This document shows positions 43,512 to 55,924 of a stretch of 64,000 nucleotides of DNA, piece by piece; position 1 is the stretch's first letter; each line of letters starts with the position of its first letter. Source of the stretch: Eledone cirrhosa (Eukaryota); the NCBI GenBank assembly GCA_964016885.1, contig OZ024764.1:25110001-25174000 (forward strand), given 5' to 3'. Both the position numbers and the translations under genes were made by a program. The notes below the pieces were generated by a model. That model was not told the DNA's origin. It was given only the letters and a program-made list of their open reading frames with translations, and ran no database searches.

Positions 43512-43935
43512 CCTGTCTGGCCCTCTGGAGAATAGAGGAAATGTGTTTCCTTGAAAACTCGTATGACTCTAAAACCCGGTCCGCCTGTGTGGTTACATAC
43601 AGACTAGCTGACACTCACTGTAAAGTGTCTAGTGAAAAGCTGAGTACATGTACATATGTATACATGTGTGTATTTATATGCATACTAATACTTCCGTATA
43701 CATATGTAGATGTACACTTTAACTTAATTGTTTAAGCGTCAGTCATACAAAAGTGAGTTAGAAGCGAAACGAAATTTAATTTCGTTTCGTTATTTGCTTT
43801 TATCGTTTCCGCTGAACCCGTGCGTACAATGACTCACGTTCTATGCAAATTAGTCTACCCACTAATAATTTTCATAGAAAAAGCATATAACGATATGTGC
43901 TTTTACAATTCTCCAGAGAAGCCGGAAGATGGGTA

Positions 43936-43980
43936 AATATTGCTGATGAGATGTAATAACATCGAAACTAGTCCAATATT
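43936..43980 (+). ncRNA. Type I hammerhead ribozyme
   Basis: Identical motif, +469 bp. Confidence 0.93.
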
Positions 43981-44404
43981 CCTGTCTGGCCCTCTGGAGA
44001 ATAGAGGAAATGTGTTTCCTTGAAAACTCGTATGACTCTAAAACCCGGTCCGCCTGTGTGGTTACATACAGACTAGCTGACACTCACTGTAAAGTGTCTA
44101 GTGAAAAGCTGAGTACATGTACATATGTATACATGTGTGTATTTATATGCATACTAATACTTCCGTATACATATGTAGATGTACACTTTAACTTAATTGT
44201 TTAAGCGTCAGTCATACAAAAGTGAGTTAGAAGCGAAACGAAATTTAATTTCGTTTCGTTATTTGTTTTTATCGTTTCCGCTGAACCTGTGCGTACAATG
44301 ACTCACGTTCTATGCAAATTAGTCTACCCACTAATAATTTTCATAGAAAAAGCATATAACGATATGTGCTTTTACAATTCTCCAGAGAAGCTGGAAGATG
44401 GGTA

Positions 44405-44449
44405 AATATTGCTGATGAGATGTAATAACATCGAAACTAGTCCAATATT
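44405..44449 (+). ncRNA. Type I hammerhead ribozyme
   Basis: Identical motif, +938 bp. Confidence 0.93.
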
Positions 44450-44873
44450 CCTGTCTGGCCCTCTGGAGAATAGAGGAAATGTGTTTCCTTGAAAACTCGT
44501 ATGACTCTAAAACCCGGTCCGCCTGTGTGGTTACATACAGACTAGCTGACACTCACTGTAAAGTGTCTAGTGAAAAGCTGAGTACATGTACATATGTATA
44601 CATGTGTGTATTTATATGCATACTAATACTTCCGTATACATATGTAGATGTACACTTTAACTTAATTGTTTAAGCGTCAGTCATACAAAAGTGAGTTAGA
44701 AGCGAAACGAAATTTAATTTCGTTTCGTTATTTGTTTTTATCGTTTCCGCTGAACCGGTGCGTACAATGACTCACGTTCTATGCAAATTAGTCTACCCAC
44801 TACTAATTTTCATAGAAAAAGCATATAACGATATGTGCTTTTACAATTCTCCAGAGAAGCCGGAAGATGGGTA

Positions 44874-44918
44874 AATATTGCTGATGAGATGTAATAACAT
44901 CGAAACTAGTCCAATATT
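44874..44918 (+). ncRNA. Type I hammerhead ribozyme
   Basis: Identical motif, +1407 bp. Confidence 0.93.
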
Positions 44919-45143
44919 CCTGTCTGGCCCTCTGGAGAATAGAGGAAATGTGTTTCCTTGAAAACTCGTATGACTCTAAAACCCGGTCCGCCTGTGTGGT
45001 TACATACAGACTAGCTGACACTCACTGTAAAGTGTCTAGTGAAAAGCTGAGTACATGTACATATGTATACATGTGTGTATTTATATGCATACTAATACTT
45101 CCGTATACATATGTAGATGTACACTTTAACTTAATTGTTTATA

Positions 45144-45195
<52 letters not shown>

Positions 45196-45199
<4 letters not shown>

Positions 45200-45709
45200 A
45201 AAGAATAGAGGTGTAACACACAAGTTATTATATATTGATAAACGGAATAGAAAATGCTGACAAATTGTTCAGTTGAAAAATGGTTTAATTAGGAATAAAA
45301 GAGTATTAGTGATTGTAAACACACATGCTCTATGGTGCAATACAAAGAAATATATGTGCATATATATGTATGTATATATGTATATATATATATATATATG
45401 TAGTGGATATATGTATGTGTGTATGTGTATATAGTGAATATCATTTCACACCATTTATTGTTAAGATTTTTGATGTTCTATTAAGAGAACCGATTTTACT
45501 GAAAAAATCGAATAATGTACACCATTTTACCAGGGGGAAAAAAATACTGGTCCACCCACCCACACACACACACACACATATACACAAACACATACACATG
45601 CGTACATCAACATACTAAGAGACTTATACACACACACACACACACACACACGCACTTCTCCGTATAAGAGAAAAGCTGAAAAATATCTTTTGACCTTCGA
45701 ATGACTCTG

Positions 45710-45783
<74 letters not shown>

Positions 45784-45854
45784 ATCTTAATAGCCATTTG
45801 ACACACATCGCTGCTGGCCATTGTCGCAGTATCGAACACCTTACTACTACTACT

Positions 45855-45940
<86 letters not shown>

Positions 45941-46426
45941 ACACACACACACGTATTTGTTGTGAAAGAGTCATTTCTCAATCTTGGCGCAAAACCAATT
46001 TTTTATCCACATGACCTCTACCGACCAATCAAAATTGTTTTGACCAAGAATTTTTGCTGGAGCCACTTTTTTAACATAAAAACAGTCTTGGCGCAAAATC
46101 AACTTTTTACATTCACATGACCTCTACCGACCAATCAAAATTGTTTTGACCACAAGCATTTTTGCAACACAAAAATAGCGCTGGAGCCACTTTTTTAACA
46201 TAAAAACAGGTAGAATTCCCAAAACTAATCAGATCAGAGCAAACAGCACGGACACTCTATCTCAAAATTATTTTTGAAAAGCATTTAGAAATGCGCAACC
46301 GGTAAAAACTTAAAAACTTAAAACCACAACTGAATACTAACCCATACAATCACTAATACTCTTTTATTCCTAATTAAACCATTTTTCAACTGTGAACAAT
46401 TTGTCAGCATTTTCTATTCCGTTTAT

Positions 46427-46430
<4 letters not shown>
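45196..46430 (+). mobile_element. PLE 3' UTR/pLTR remnant with two outward-facing 3' ends
   Basis: 45196-45316 equals 54869-54989; 45317-46430 is the reverse complement of ~54907-55980. Confidence 0.85.
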
Positions 46431-46491
<61 letters not shown>

Positions 46492-46639
46492 TATATATAT
46501 ATATATACATATATATACATATATATATATATGAGTTCAAATCTGCCGAGGTTAACTTTGCCTTTTATCCTTACGGGGTCGATAAAATAAAGTACCAGTA
46601 ATGTACTGGGTAATTGATGCCAAAAGTAGAAACAATTAT

Positions 46640-46930
46640 TTGTCTAAGCAGACAGTACTTGATTTAGGAGTTGCAGAAAGACAATACAGGATATTACCAA
46701 CCTTCCAGGGGTCCGGGTATAATTTTCAATCATATTTTATTTGTTTGACCCGAATTACTTGGTCGTTTCGATGGCTGTGCGGATAATGGTTTAACCATCG
46801 TCTCAGTGTGTTTTGCCTTTTAACTTATGTTGATGCTCTAGTTCACTAGCTTCTATGGAGCGCTTGCCACACATCTCGGAAGTTGTTTTTCGCTAATTTC
46901 CAATAGCAGAAATACGATTCTCGCTAAATT
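46640..46930 (-). repeat. Partial member of the ~617-bp family
   Basis: Reverse complement begins aaatttagcgagaatc like 61980 and stays colinear for ~290 bp. Confidence 0.75.
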
Positions 46931-46949
46931 TATATATATATATATACGT

Positions 46950-47285
46950 ATAAGGGATAACAAAATATCGTTATAGGTAATCCAGGTAGAGGTTGTGAAT
47001 ACTCTGTATTGTGGTTAGTCTTAGTCTACGGCGTTGTTTGACTCGACAAGAGGTTTCCGTAGGTGGCAAGTATTTGAGTTCTCTTGAATTCCTATGTAAG
47101 TTTATCTTGGAGTAATAATATTGAAAGAGTGAAGAATAACATGGTCAACAGTACAAAAAGAGGTTTTATTTACAGTATTAACAATTGTTTCACTGATTAA
47201 GTTGTCTAAAAATTGCTGAACACTTGAAGCTGTGCCACTCAATTTTAAATATGTTGTTAGCTTAACCAGATCATCACAATATTTA
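46950..47285 (-). mobile_element. PLE pLTR end with mutated HHR core
   Basis: Near-identical to 63193-63525, but the core reads GTGATGA. Confidence 0.7.
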
Positions 47286-47291
47286 TATATT

Positions 47292-47363
<72 letters not shown>

Positions 47364-47479
47364 TGAAGTTCATCAAGGCTCTGAGCTTAGCCCCCTCTTA
47401 TTTATTATTGCCCTTCAGGCTATAACAGAGGAGTTCAAGACCGGTTGCCATGGGAACTCCTACACGACCTCATTTATTT

Positions 47480-49075
47480 AGGACTGGATGTTGTGGTACC
47501 AACAAACATAACTTTACATCGGTGGTGTGGATGGGGTGGTAGTGGTGGGGCGGGGGTATTTTTTGGTAAGAGGTGCCTACTAACTGTAGGTTTCGCTTTG
47601 CACTTAGGCAAGGCGGGTCTTCTATATGACTGCGTAGCGCCAAAGATCTTCGTCCAGTGACCTTGTCTTGGAGAGGTGTAAGTGTGTGAGGTCGGAATTT
47701 ATCAAGTCGTCCCAGGTTTTTCTGGGTCTGCCTACTTCGTGGCTACCATCTATTTTTATTGCCCTGCACTTTTTTATACAGCTGTCGTCTTTCATGCGCA
47801 TCACGTGACCATACCAATGTAGCCTTCTCTCGAGTAAACAGCATCTGATCCTTCTTATTCCTAATTTCTCCCTTAGTTCATTTATGCTTTGCCGTTCACG
47901 TATATTACTATTACACATCCAACGGAGCCTGCAAGCTTCGTTCCTCTCTAGTCTGCGTCGATCCTCTGCACACAATGACCCAGTCTCACTTCCATGTAAC
48001 ATTACTGTTCGTATGCAGGCATCATACAGCCTGCCTTTCATTTTTAGAGAGAAACCTTTAGCGGCTAATAGTGGTATAAGCTCTCTGAACTTTTTCCATC
48101 CCGTTCTGACTCTAGCTACAGTACTTTCAGCACACCCTCCCCACCTGCTGATTTTGTCACCCAGGTAACGGAAGGTGTCCACTATTTCTATAGAACCATC
48201 TGTGCAATGGAATCGGCTAGTATTCTGTGGGCACTTGCTGCTACTTATTGCACCTGAGCACCGGCCACATATAAAATCTATATTCTTAGTTAGCTTACCT
48301 GTGATCCCACTACATCTTTTATGAACCCATACTTTGCATTTGGGACATAAAATGGAGTTTCTGCCTACTCCGTTCCTACACACTGAGCATGGCCATTCCC
48401 CAGATGGGACCAGTGCCCTATTTTCCTTCCTACATACTAGAACTTTAGTCTTAGACAGGTTAATTTTAAGGCCTTTTGATTCTAGGCCATGCTTCCATGT
48501 TTGGAATTTCTTCTCTAGTTCGACCATTGATTCAGCTATAAGCGTTAGATCATCAGCGTATAGGAGTTCCCATGGGCAGCCGGTCTTGAACTCCTCTGTT
48601 ATAGCCTGAATGGCAATAATAAATAGGAGGGGCCTAAGGACGGAGCCCTGATGAACACCAACTTTTACGCTAAACTCATCACTATATTCGTTGTTAATTC
48701 TAACCTTGCTGACTGTTTCTTTATACATGGCTTGTATAGCTCTCACAAGCCATTCATCAACACCTAGTTTTCTGAGAGCCCACCAGATAGTGGGGCGTGG
48801 GACTCTGTCAAAGGCTTTCTCCAGGTCTACAAAAGCTAAGTAGAGGGGTTTACATTTAGCTAGGTACTTCTGTAGTTGTCATACAATGAAAAGAGCGTCT
48901 GTGGTACTTTTACCTGACACAAACCCGAACTGCATTTCATCCAGATCAATTCGCTCTCTGACTAGTTGTGCTATTACTTTTTCTGTGACCCTCATGACCT
49001 GGTCAATTAATTTAATGCCACTATAGTTTCCTCTATCTAGGCAATCTCCTTTACCCCTGTAGCAGTTAATGATGA
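47480..49075 (-). mobile_element. 5'-truncated RTE-clade LINE (RT domain and C-terminus)
   Basis: ORF 47622-48746 has GVHQGSVL and LYADD; FVDLEKAFD and QFGF lie upstream. Short opposite-strand RT fragment at 47360-47465. Confidence 0.92.
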
Positions 49076-49152
49076 TGATATATATATAAAAGAAATAGGA
49101 TATATATATATATAAAAGAAATAGGATTTCGCTTCAAGCATATCATTATACA

Positions 49153-49481
49153 ATATGTATAAATATTTTGTATCTCCAAAGAAATACGGTTTTAGGAAGC
49201 CATAGCTCTGCAAACCCTGGGAGGGTTAACGTCCTCTGGTGATGTCCAGCAGAAGATAGGGGGAAAACCGTATATGCATTCAGGCTTAACTGGCCATCGT
49301 CAGAACGGTCCCTCCCACTGCTTGCAACTGCTGGCCAATTAAGCATGAAATGCATAAACGGTTGTCCCCCTTGATTCTGCTGGACATCACCAGAGGGCGT
49401 TAACCCTGCCCTCCCCGTGTTTGCATAGCTACGGCTTCCTAAAACCGTATTTCTTTGGAGATACGAAATATTTATACATAT
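49153..49481. mobile_element. Fold-back element made of two opposed HHR-bearing termini
   Basis: Imperfect arms of ~140 bp. Left arm minus strand reads ccgtt CTGACGA tggc..gcct GAATGCATA; right arm has GAAATGCATA aacgg. Confidence 0.7.
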
Positions 49482-49489
49482 ATATATAT

Positions 49490-52400
49490 ATCCTCAGTCC
49501 ATCCAATCTCTCTCTCTTCTGTCTCTCCAGACAGAGCACTGAACCCGTTCCTCGCTTCCACTGTGAACCTCTCCTGTAGCTTATCATTTTCCTTGAAAAC
49601 TCCACAGTCATAGATTTCTCTCCGGGGCTGAGCCTTTCTCTTTCTTAAGCTCACGCGGACCTCACTCATAACAAGCCGGTGGTCACTACCCAGTGTACTG
49701 AAATAGTTGTATGGTTCTGTGTTCAGAACACTATTCCGCCACTTTTTCCTCACCAGAATGAAATTAATCTGGGACTTGGACTCTTCCTAAACCTTAGGTT
49801 GGTCGCCATCAAGTTCGCCTCCAGCAGGGTGTCTCTCAGTAGTCTTCCATTTCGGTTGGTGTTGTTATGGAAGTACCAGCAAGGATCTTCACTGCCCTCC
49901 TTACTCAGATGTGCATTGAAGTCCCCCAAAACAAGCAGGATATTGTGTGCTTGAGTGGTGTTGACAGCTCTACACACCTCCTCATGGAACTCTTCCGCAC
50001 TCACATCACTGTCCCCCTCAGTTGGACTATAGGCTGAGATGACTGTCAGTCTTGGGTTTCCATTGAAGGTCATCCTCAACACTCGCGGGGAGACAGGCAT
50101 TATTTCCCTCACCAATAGACTGGTTTTTGTGCTGAAAACAAAACCCACTCCTCCTACTGCAGCATTTGTTGTGTTCTTCACTGCCGATGTAGTGATGAGA
50201 TGGCTCCTCTTCCCGATCATCACACTCCTCACGGGCTCATCGTGTAGGATCCTGTGTTCTTGGATCGCAAGTATCTGTATACCACTCTCCTCGAACAGAT
50301 GTCCCAACTCCCCTCTCTTCTCCAGCGTCCGAATAGTCCTCACATTCAAAGTGCCCATTTTGATGGCTCTTCTGCAGGACAAACCTGCATTCTTTATATT
50401 TGTCTCAGAGACAGCTGATCCATCATCCACTGGCCCTCCCTGTGGCTCTAAGCCAGCAGAGTCATAACGACCAGAGTGCTCCTTGACAGTGTAATTAGGG
50501 GCTCTAACCCTAGTGCTGTTAGATCGACTCTCCATATTTCTTTTCAATGGCTGACAATACCTTACCGGCGCCACTCGAATAAGGTAGTGACGAGGAGGTA
50601 CGGGCACTTCACCAATGCAGTGGCGGAAGCAAGTGAAACCCTGGTGCCGAGGAAAAAGAACAAAAGGAAGCACGTCAGCTCTGCAAACCCAAAAGTGTGT
50701 GCAGCCAGAGAACACCTGAAAGCTGCCAGAGACCAATTCTATGCTGATCCTACGGAGGAGACGATGGAGACTGTGGAGGTGATGAGGGAAGAACTCTGTA
50801 CCGCTTACACTGAGGCCAGAGAGGAGGCACTGATAGAGAAGATCAGAAGTGTGGAGAGAGCTGTTGACAGATCTGGATGTAAGGAGAGCTGGATGATCAT
50901 CAACGAGATCACAGGGAGGAAGAGAAGGTGTTCGAGTCAGATCCAGGGAATGGGGCCTGAGGATAGGAAGAGGAAATGGCTAGACCATTTTAGGACCCTA
51001 CTAGGAGAGCCACCCTTCACAGCCCGGAGCACTGGGGAGATCAGGCGGCTGTTTGAGGAACTGGATATTGAGATAGAGCCCTTCACCAGAGAGGAGCTTC
51101 AGAGAGCCAAGAAGAGGATCAAGGAGGGCAAGGCTCATGGAGAAGATGGAGTGGCATCAGAGGTGATGAAGAGGTGTGATTTTGATGATATCATCCTGGG
51201 GTTCTGTAATCGGGCACTGGAGAAAGGAGTTGCCCCGAATCAGTGGAGGATCAGTAACATCGTCCCAGTGCCAAAGAAGGGAGATCTCTCTAACACCAAC
51301 AACTACAGGGGGATCTCACTGACGTCACTTGTGGCAAAGACCTTCAACAGGATGATTCTTGATTCTTAACAGGATCCAGCCTGAGATGGAGAAGAAGCTC
51401 AGGGACAACCAGAACGGCTTCAGAGAGGGAAGATCAACCACCAGTCACATACTGATGCTGAGGATGATATTAGAGGGAGCTAGAGCAAAGTGCCTTCCTG
51501 CAGTCATGGTTTTCATTGACTTTAGGAATGCCTTTGATTCTGTGGACCATCACTGCTCTACACCAACACCAAAGCCCAAGTCATTACACCTGATGGCATG
51601 ACAGAGTTCTTTGAGATACTGGCTGGAGTGCTCCAGGGAGATACATTGGCTCCCTACCTTTTTATCATCGTAGTGGACTATTGTATGCGCCTTGCACTGG
51701 AGAAACACCAGGACTCTGGCTTTACTGTAGCACCGGCTCAGAGCAGGAGAGTTAAGGCGAAAAAGGTATCGGATGCTGAATTTGCCGACGACATAGTTTT
51801 GGTGACAGATACAGTGAAGGAGGCAGAGGATTTGATGCAGGAAGTTGAGACTGTGTCGATGAGTGTGGGGCTGAGAATGAATGAGACTAAAACAAAATAT
51901 CTGGTAGAGAATGTTGAGAAGCAAGAGGAGATCACTAATGTAGGCGGGAAGCCGCTAAAATTGGTTGAGGGCTTCCTGTATTTGAGAGCAAAGATTGGGA
52001 ATACAGAAGATGATGTGGTTGAGAGGAAGAGCAAAGCCTGGGCGGCGTGTCCCAGCTTGAGATCGGTGTGGAAGTCGGACCTTCGTAAAGACCTGAAAAT
52101 CTGCCTCTTCATTGCTGTAGTGGAGTCTGTGCTGCTGTACGGGTTTGAGACTTGGACACTGACCAAGAAACTCACTCAGATGGTGGATGGGTGCTACACG
52201 AGAATGCTGAGGATGGCTCTGAACATTAATCAGTATACACTGAGGATGAAAAACTCAGAGCTGTATGGGAGCATCCCAAAAGTCAGCTCAAAAGTGACAC
52301 AGAGGAGACTGAGGTTAGCTGGACATGCTCACCGACATCCAGAGTTGACATTGCACTCAGTGCTCCTGTGGGAGCCCCTACATGGACACACTAGAAGAGG

Positions 52401-52537
52401 AAGACCAAGGTTAACGTATGTTGATGCCCTAAGGACAGACACTGGTCTGTTGGAGATGCAGGACATGGCAGCGATAATGAGGGACAGAGACCGCTGGAGA
52501 GAATTCGTCCATGGATCTCGGGAATTTTACCCGCCTT

Positions 52538-52539
<2 letters not shown>
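49490..52539 (+). mobile_element. Near full-length RTE-clade LINE with inverted 5' third (APE on -, RT on +)
   Basis: Minus strand has GTLNVRT, IQEHR, GDFNAH and SDH. Plus strand has NYRGISL, QNGFR, GVLQGDTLAP and FADD. Junction at ~50586; frameshifts near 51360 and 51555. Confidence 0.93.
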
Positions 52540-52594
<55 letters not shown>

Positions 52595-53229
52595 AATCTA
52601 TCTATATAACATAGACACCTAAGTGCCTGAAGCTTAGGTTACAAATTTGATCCCTCTTACAATCTGGAGATATGCTCAATATTGGGCCTTGAAACCTTAA
52701 GTCCCCTTTGTTCTGTGTATGAACAGAAATAAATAATGTAATATATATATATGTATGTATGTGTATCAATTTATATATTTAACTATATTTTTCTCATCAC
52801 AGGAAACAATGTTGTAGCTGGTTTGCTGAACACAAGTGTTTAGGGTAAGTGTTATCTTAACACACTGTCTAACCATTGTTTAATCTGCTCCTTCCACAAC
52901 CTCTCCCTTTATACACACAGACACATATACATATGTATACACACACACACATATATATACACCTATATATATATATGTATACAGACACACACATATATAT
53001 ATATATACACATATATATATATACACATATATACATCTATATAAACACACATATATATATACACATATATATATATACATATATACAAGCGAGACACGGC
53101 TTGCCGACCAATCTCGCCTTAAGTGGGACAAAACCGTCCAACCCATGCTGGCGTGGAAGATGGACTTTAAATGATGATGATATATACACACTGACACATA
53201 TTATACATATATATATACACACATATATA

Positions 53230-53304
<75 letters not shown>

Positions 53305-53527
53305 CAATTAAGTTAAAAATGTACATCTACATATGCATACTGAAATACTAGTGTGTATATGAATACACACACGTATACATATGCAGATGTAACAAGTCTT
53401 TCACTGGTTGCTTTACCGTGAGCAACTCAGCTATTCTGTATGTAAACACACAGACAAACCGGTTTTTAGAGTCATACAGGTTTTCGAGGAAACATCTTCC
53501 CTCTATTCTCCAGAAAGCCAGACAAGG

Positions 53528-53572
53528 AATATTGAACTAGTTTCGTTGTTGTTACAACTCATCAGCAATATT
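53528..53572 (-). ncRNA. Type I hammerhead ribozyme (GUU cleavage triplet)
   Basis: Reverse complement reads aatattg CTGATGA gttgt aaca acaac GAAAC TA GTT caatatt. Confidence 0.92.
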
Positions 53573-53994
53573 TACCTATCTACCGGCCTTTCTGGAGAAT
53601 TGTAAAAGCACATATCGTTATATGCTTTTTCTATGAAAATTAGTAGTGGGCAGACTAATTTGCATAGAGTGTGAGTACGCACCGGTTCAGCGGAGACGAT
53701 AAAAACAAATAACGAAACGAAATTAAATTTCGTTTCGTTTGTAACTCACTTTTGTATGACTGACGCTTAAACAATTAAGTTAAAAATGTACATCTACATA
53801 TGCATACTGAAATACTAGTGTGTATATGAATACACACACGTATACATATGCAGATGTAACAAGTCTTTCACTGGTTGCTTTACCGTGAGCAACTCAGCTA
53901 TTCTGTATGTAAACACACAGACAAACCGGTTTTTAGAGTCATACAGGTTTTCGAGGAAACATCTTCCCTCTATTCTCCAGAAAGCCAGACAAGG

Positions 53995-54039
53995 AATATT
54001 GAACTAGTTTCGTTGTTGTTACAACTCATCAGCAATATT
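53995..54039 (-). ncRNA. Type I hammerhead ribozyme
   Basis: Identical motif, +467 bp. Confidence 0.92.
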
Positions 54040-54461
54040 TACCTATCTACCGGCCTTTCTGGAGAATTGTAAAAGCACATATCGTTATATGCTTTTTCTA
54101 TGAAAATTAGTAGTGGGCAGACTAATTTGCATAGAGTGTGAGTACGCACCGGTTCAGCGGAGACGATAAAAACAAATAACGAAACGAAATTAAATTTCGT
54201 TTCGTTTGTAACTCACTTTTGTATGACTGACGCTTAAACAATTAAGTTAAAAATGTACATCTACATATGCATACTGAAATACTAGTGTGTATATGAATAC
54301 ACACACGTATACATATGCAGATGTAACAAGTCTTTCACTGGTTGCTTTACTGTGAGCAACTCAGCTATTCTGTATGTAAACACACAGACAAACCGGTTTT
54401 TAGAGTCATACTGGTTTTCGAGGAAACATCTTCCCTCTATTCTTCAGAAAGCCAGACAAGG

Positions 54462-54506
54462 AATATTGAACTAGTTTCGTTGTTGTTACAACTCATCAGC
54501 AATATT
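54462..54506 (-). ncRNA. Type I hammerhead ribozyme
   Basis: Identical motif, +934 bp. Confidence 0.92.
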
Positions 54507-54834
54507 TACCTATCTACCGGCCTTTCTGGAGAATTGTAAAAGCACATATCGTTATATGCTTTTTCTATAGAGGGAAGATGTTTCCTCGAAAACCAGTATG
54601 ACTCTAAAAACCGGTTTGTCTGTGTGTTTACATACAGAATAGCTGAGTTGCTCACAGTAAAGCAACCAGTGAAAGACTTGTTACATCTGCATATGTATAC
54701 GTGTGTGTATTCATATACACACTAGTATTTCAGTATGCATATGTAGATGTACATTTTTAACTTAATTGTTTAAGCGTCAGTCATACAAAAGTGAGTTACA
54801 AACGAAACGAAATTTAATTTCGTTTCGTTATTTG

Positions 54835-54868
<34 letters not shown>

Positions 54869-54872
<4 letters not shown>

Positions 54873-55380
54873 AAAGAATAGAGGTGTAACACACAAGTTA
54901 TTATATATTGATAAACGGAATAGAAAATGCTGACAAATTGTTCAGTTGAAAAATGGTTTAATTAGGAATAAAAGAGTATTAGTGATTGTATGGGTTAGTA
55001 TTCAGTTGTGGTTTTAAGTTTTTACCGGTTGCGCATTTCTAAATGCTTTTCAAAAATAATTTTGAGATAGAGTGTCCGTGCTGTTTGCTCTGATCTGATT
55101 AGTTTTGGGAATTCTACCTGTTTTTATGTTAAAAAAGTGGCTCCAGCGCTATTTTTGTGTTGCAAAAATGCTTGTGGTCAAAACAATTTTGATTGGTCGG
55201 TAGAGGTCATGTGAATGTAAAAAGTTGATTTTGCGCCAAGACTGTTTTTATGTTAAAAAAGTGGCTCCAGCAAAAATTCTTGGTCAAAACAATTTTGATT
55301 GGTCGGTAGAGGTCATGTGGATAAAAAATTGGTTTTGCGCCAAGATTGAGAAATGACTCTTTCACAACAAATGTGTGTGT

Positions 55381-55444
<64 letters not shown>

Positions 55445-55515
55445 AGTAGTAGTAGTAAGGTGTTCGATACTGCGACAATGGCCAGCAGCGATGTGTGTCA
55501 AATGGCTATTAAGAT

Positions 55516-55563
<48 letters not shown>

Positions 55564-55885
55564 CAGAGTCATTCGAAGGTCAAAAGATATTTTTCAGCCT
55601 TTGTCTTATACGGAGAAGTGCGTGTGTGTGTGTGTGTATAAGTCTCTTTGTATGTTGATGTACGCGTGTGTATGTGTTTGTGTATATATGTGTGTGTATG
55701 TGTTTGTGTATATGTGTGTGTGTGTGTGTGGGTGGGTGGACCAGTATTTTTTTCCCCCTGGTAAAATGGTGTACATTATTCGATTTTTTCAGTAAAATCG
55801 GTTCTCTTAATAGAACATCAAAAATCTTAACAATAAATGGTGTGAAATGATATTCACTATATACACATACACACATACATATATC

Positions 55886-55924
<39 letters not shown>

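Larger units (their letters stand above)
42847..45141 (+). mobile_element. Retrozyme-like tandem array, family A (469-bp unit x ~4.1 plus inverted arm 42847-43200)
   Basis: Exact 469-bp period, one HHR per unit, no meaningful ORF, (TA)n on both sides. Confidence 0.9.
41944..46640 (+). repeat. Segmental duplicate of 52352-57375 with rearranged interior
   Basis: 41944-42840 is nearly identical to 52352-53240. The same PLE terminus and SINE fragment follow the array in both copies. Confidence 0.85.
53303..54840 (-). mobile_element. Retrozyme-like tandem array, family B (467-bp unit x ~2.7 plus inverted arm 54567-54840)
   Basis: Exact 467-bp period, homologous to family A, one HHR per unit, (TA)n on both sides. 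Confidence 0.9.

Noticed and set aside
43261-45141. CRISPR-like reading of the regular palindromes
   Set aside because: Intervening sequence is identical between units, there are no cas genes and the context is eukaryotic.
42914-45196. Repeated 64-73 aa ORFs in array A and 65-aa ORFs in array B
   Set aside because: Not conserved between the homologous families; substitutions preserve base pairs, not codons.
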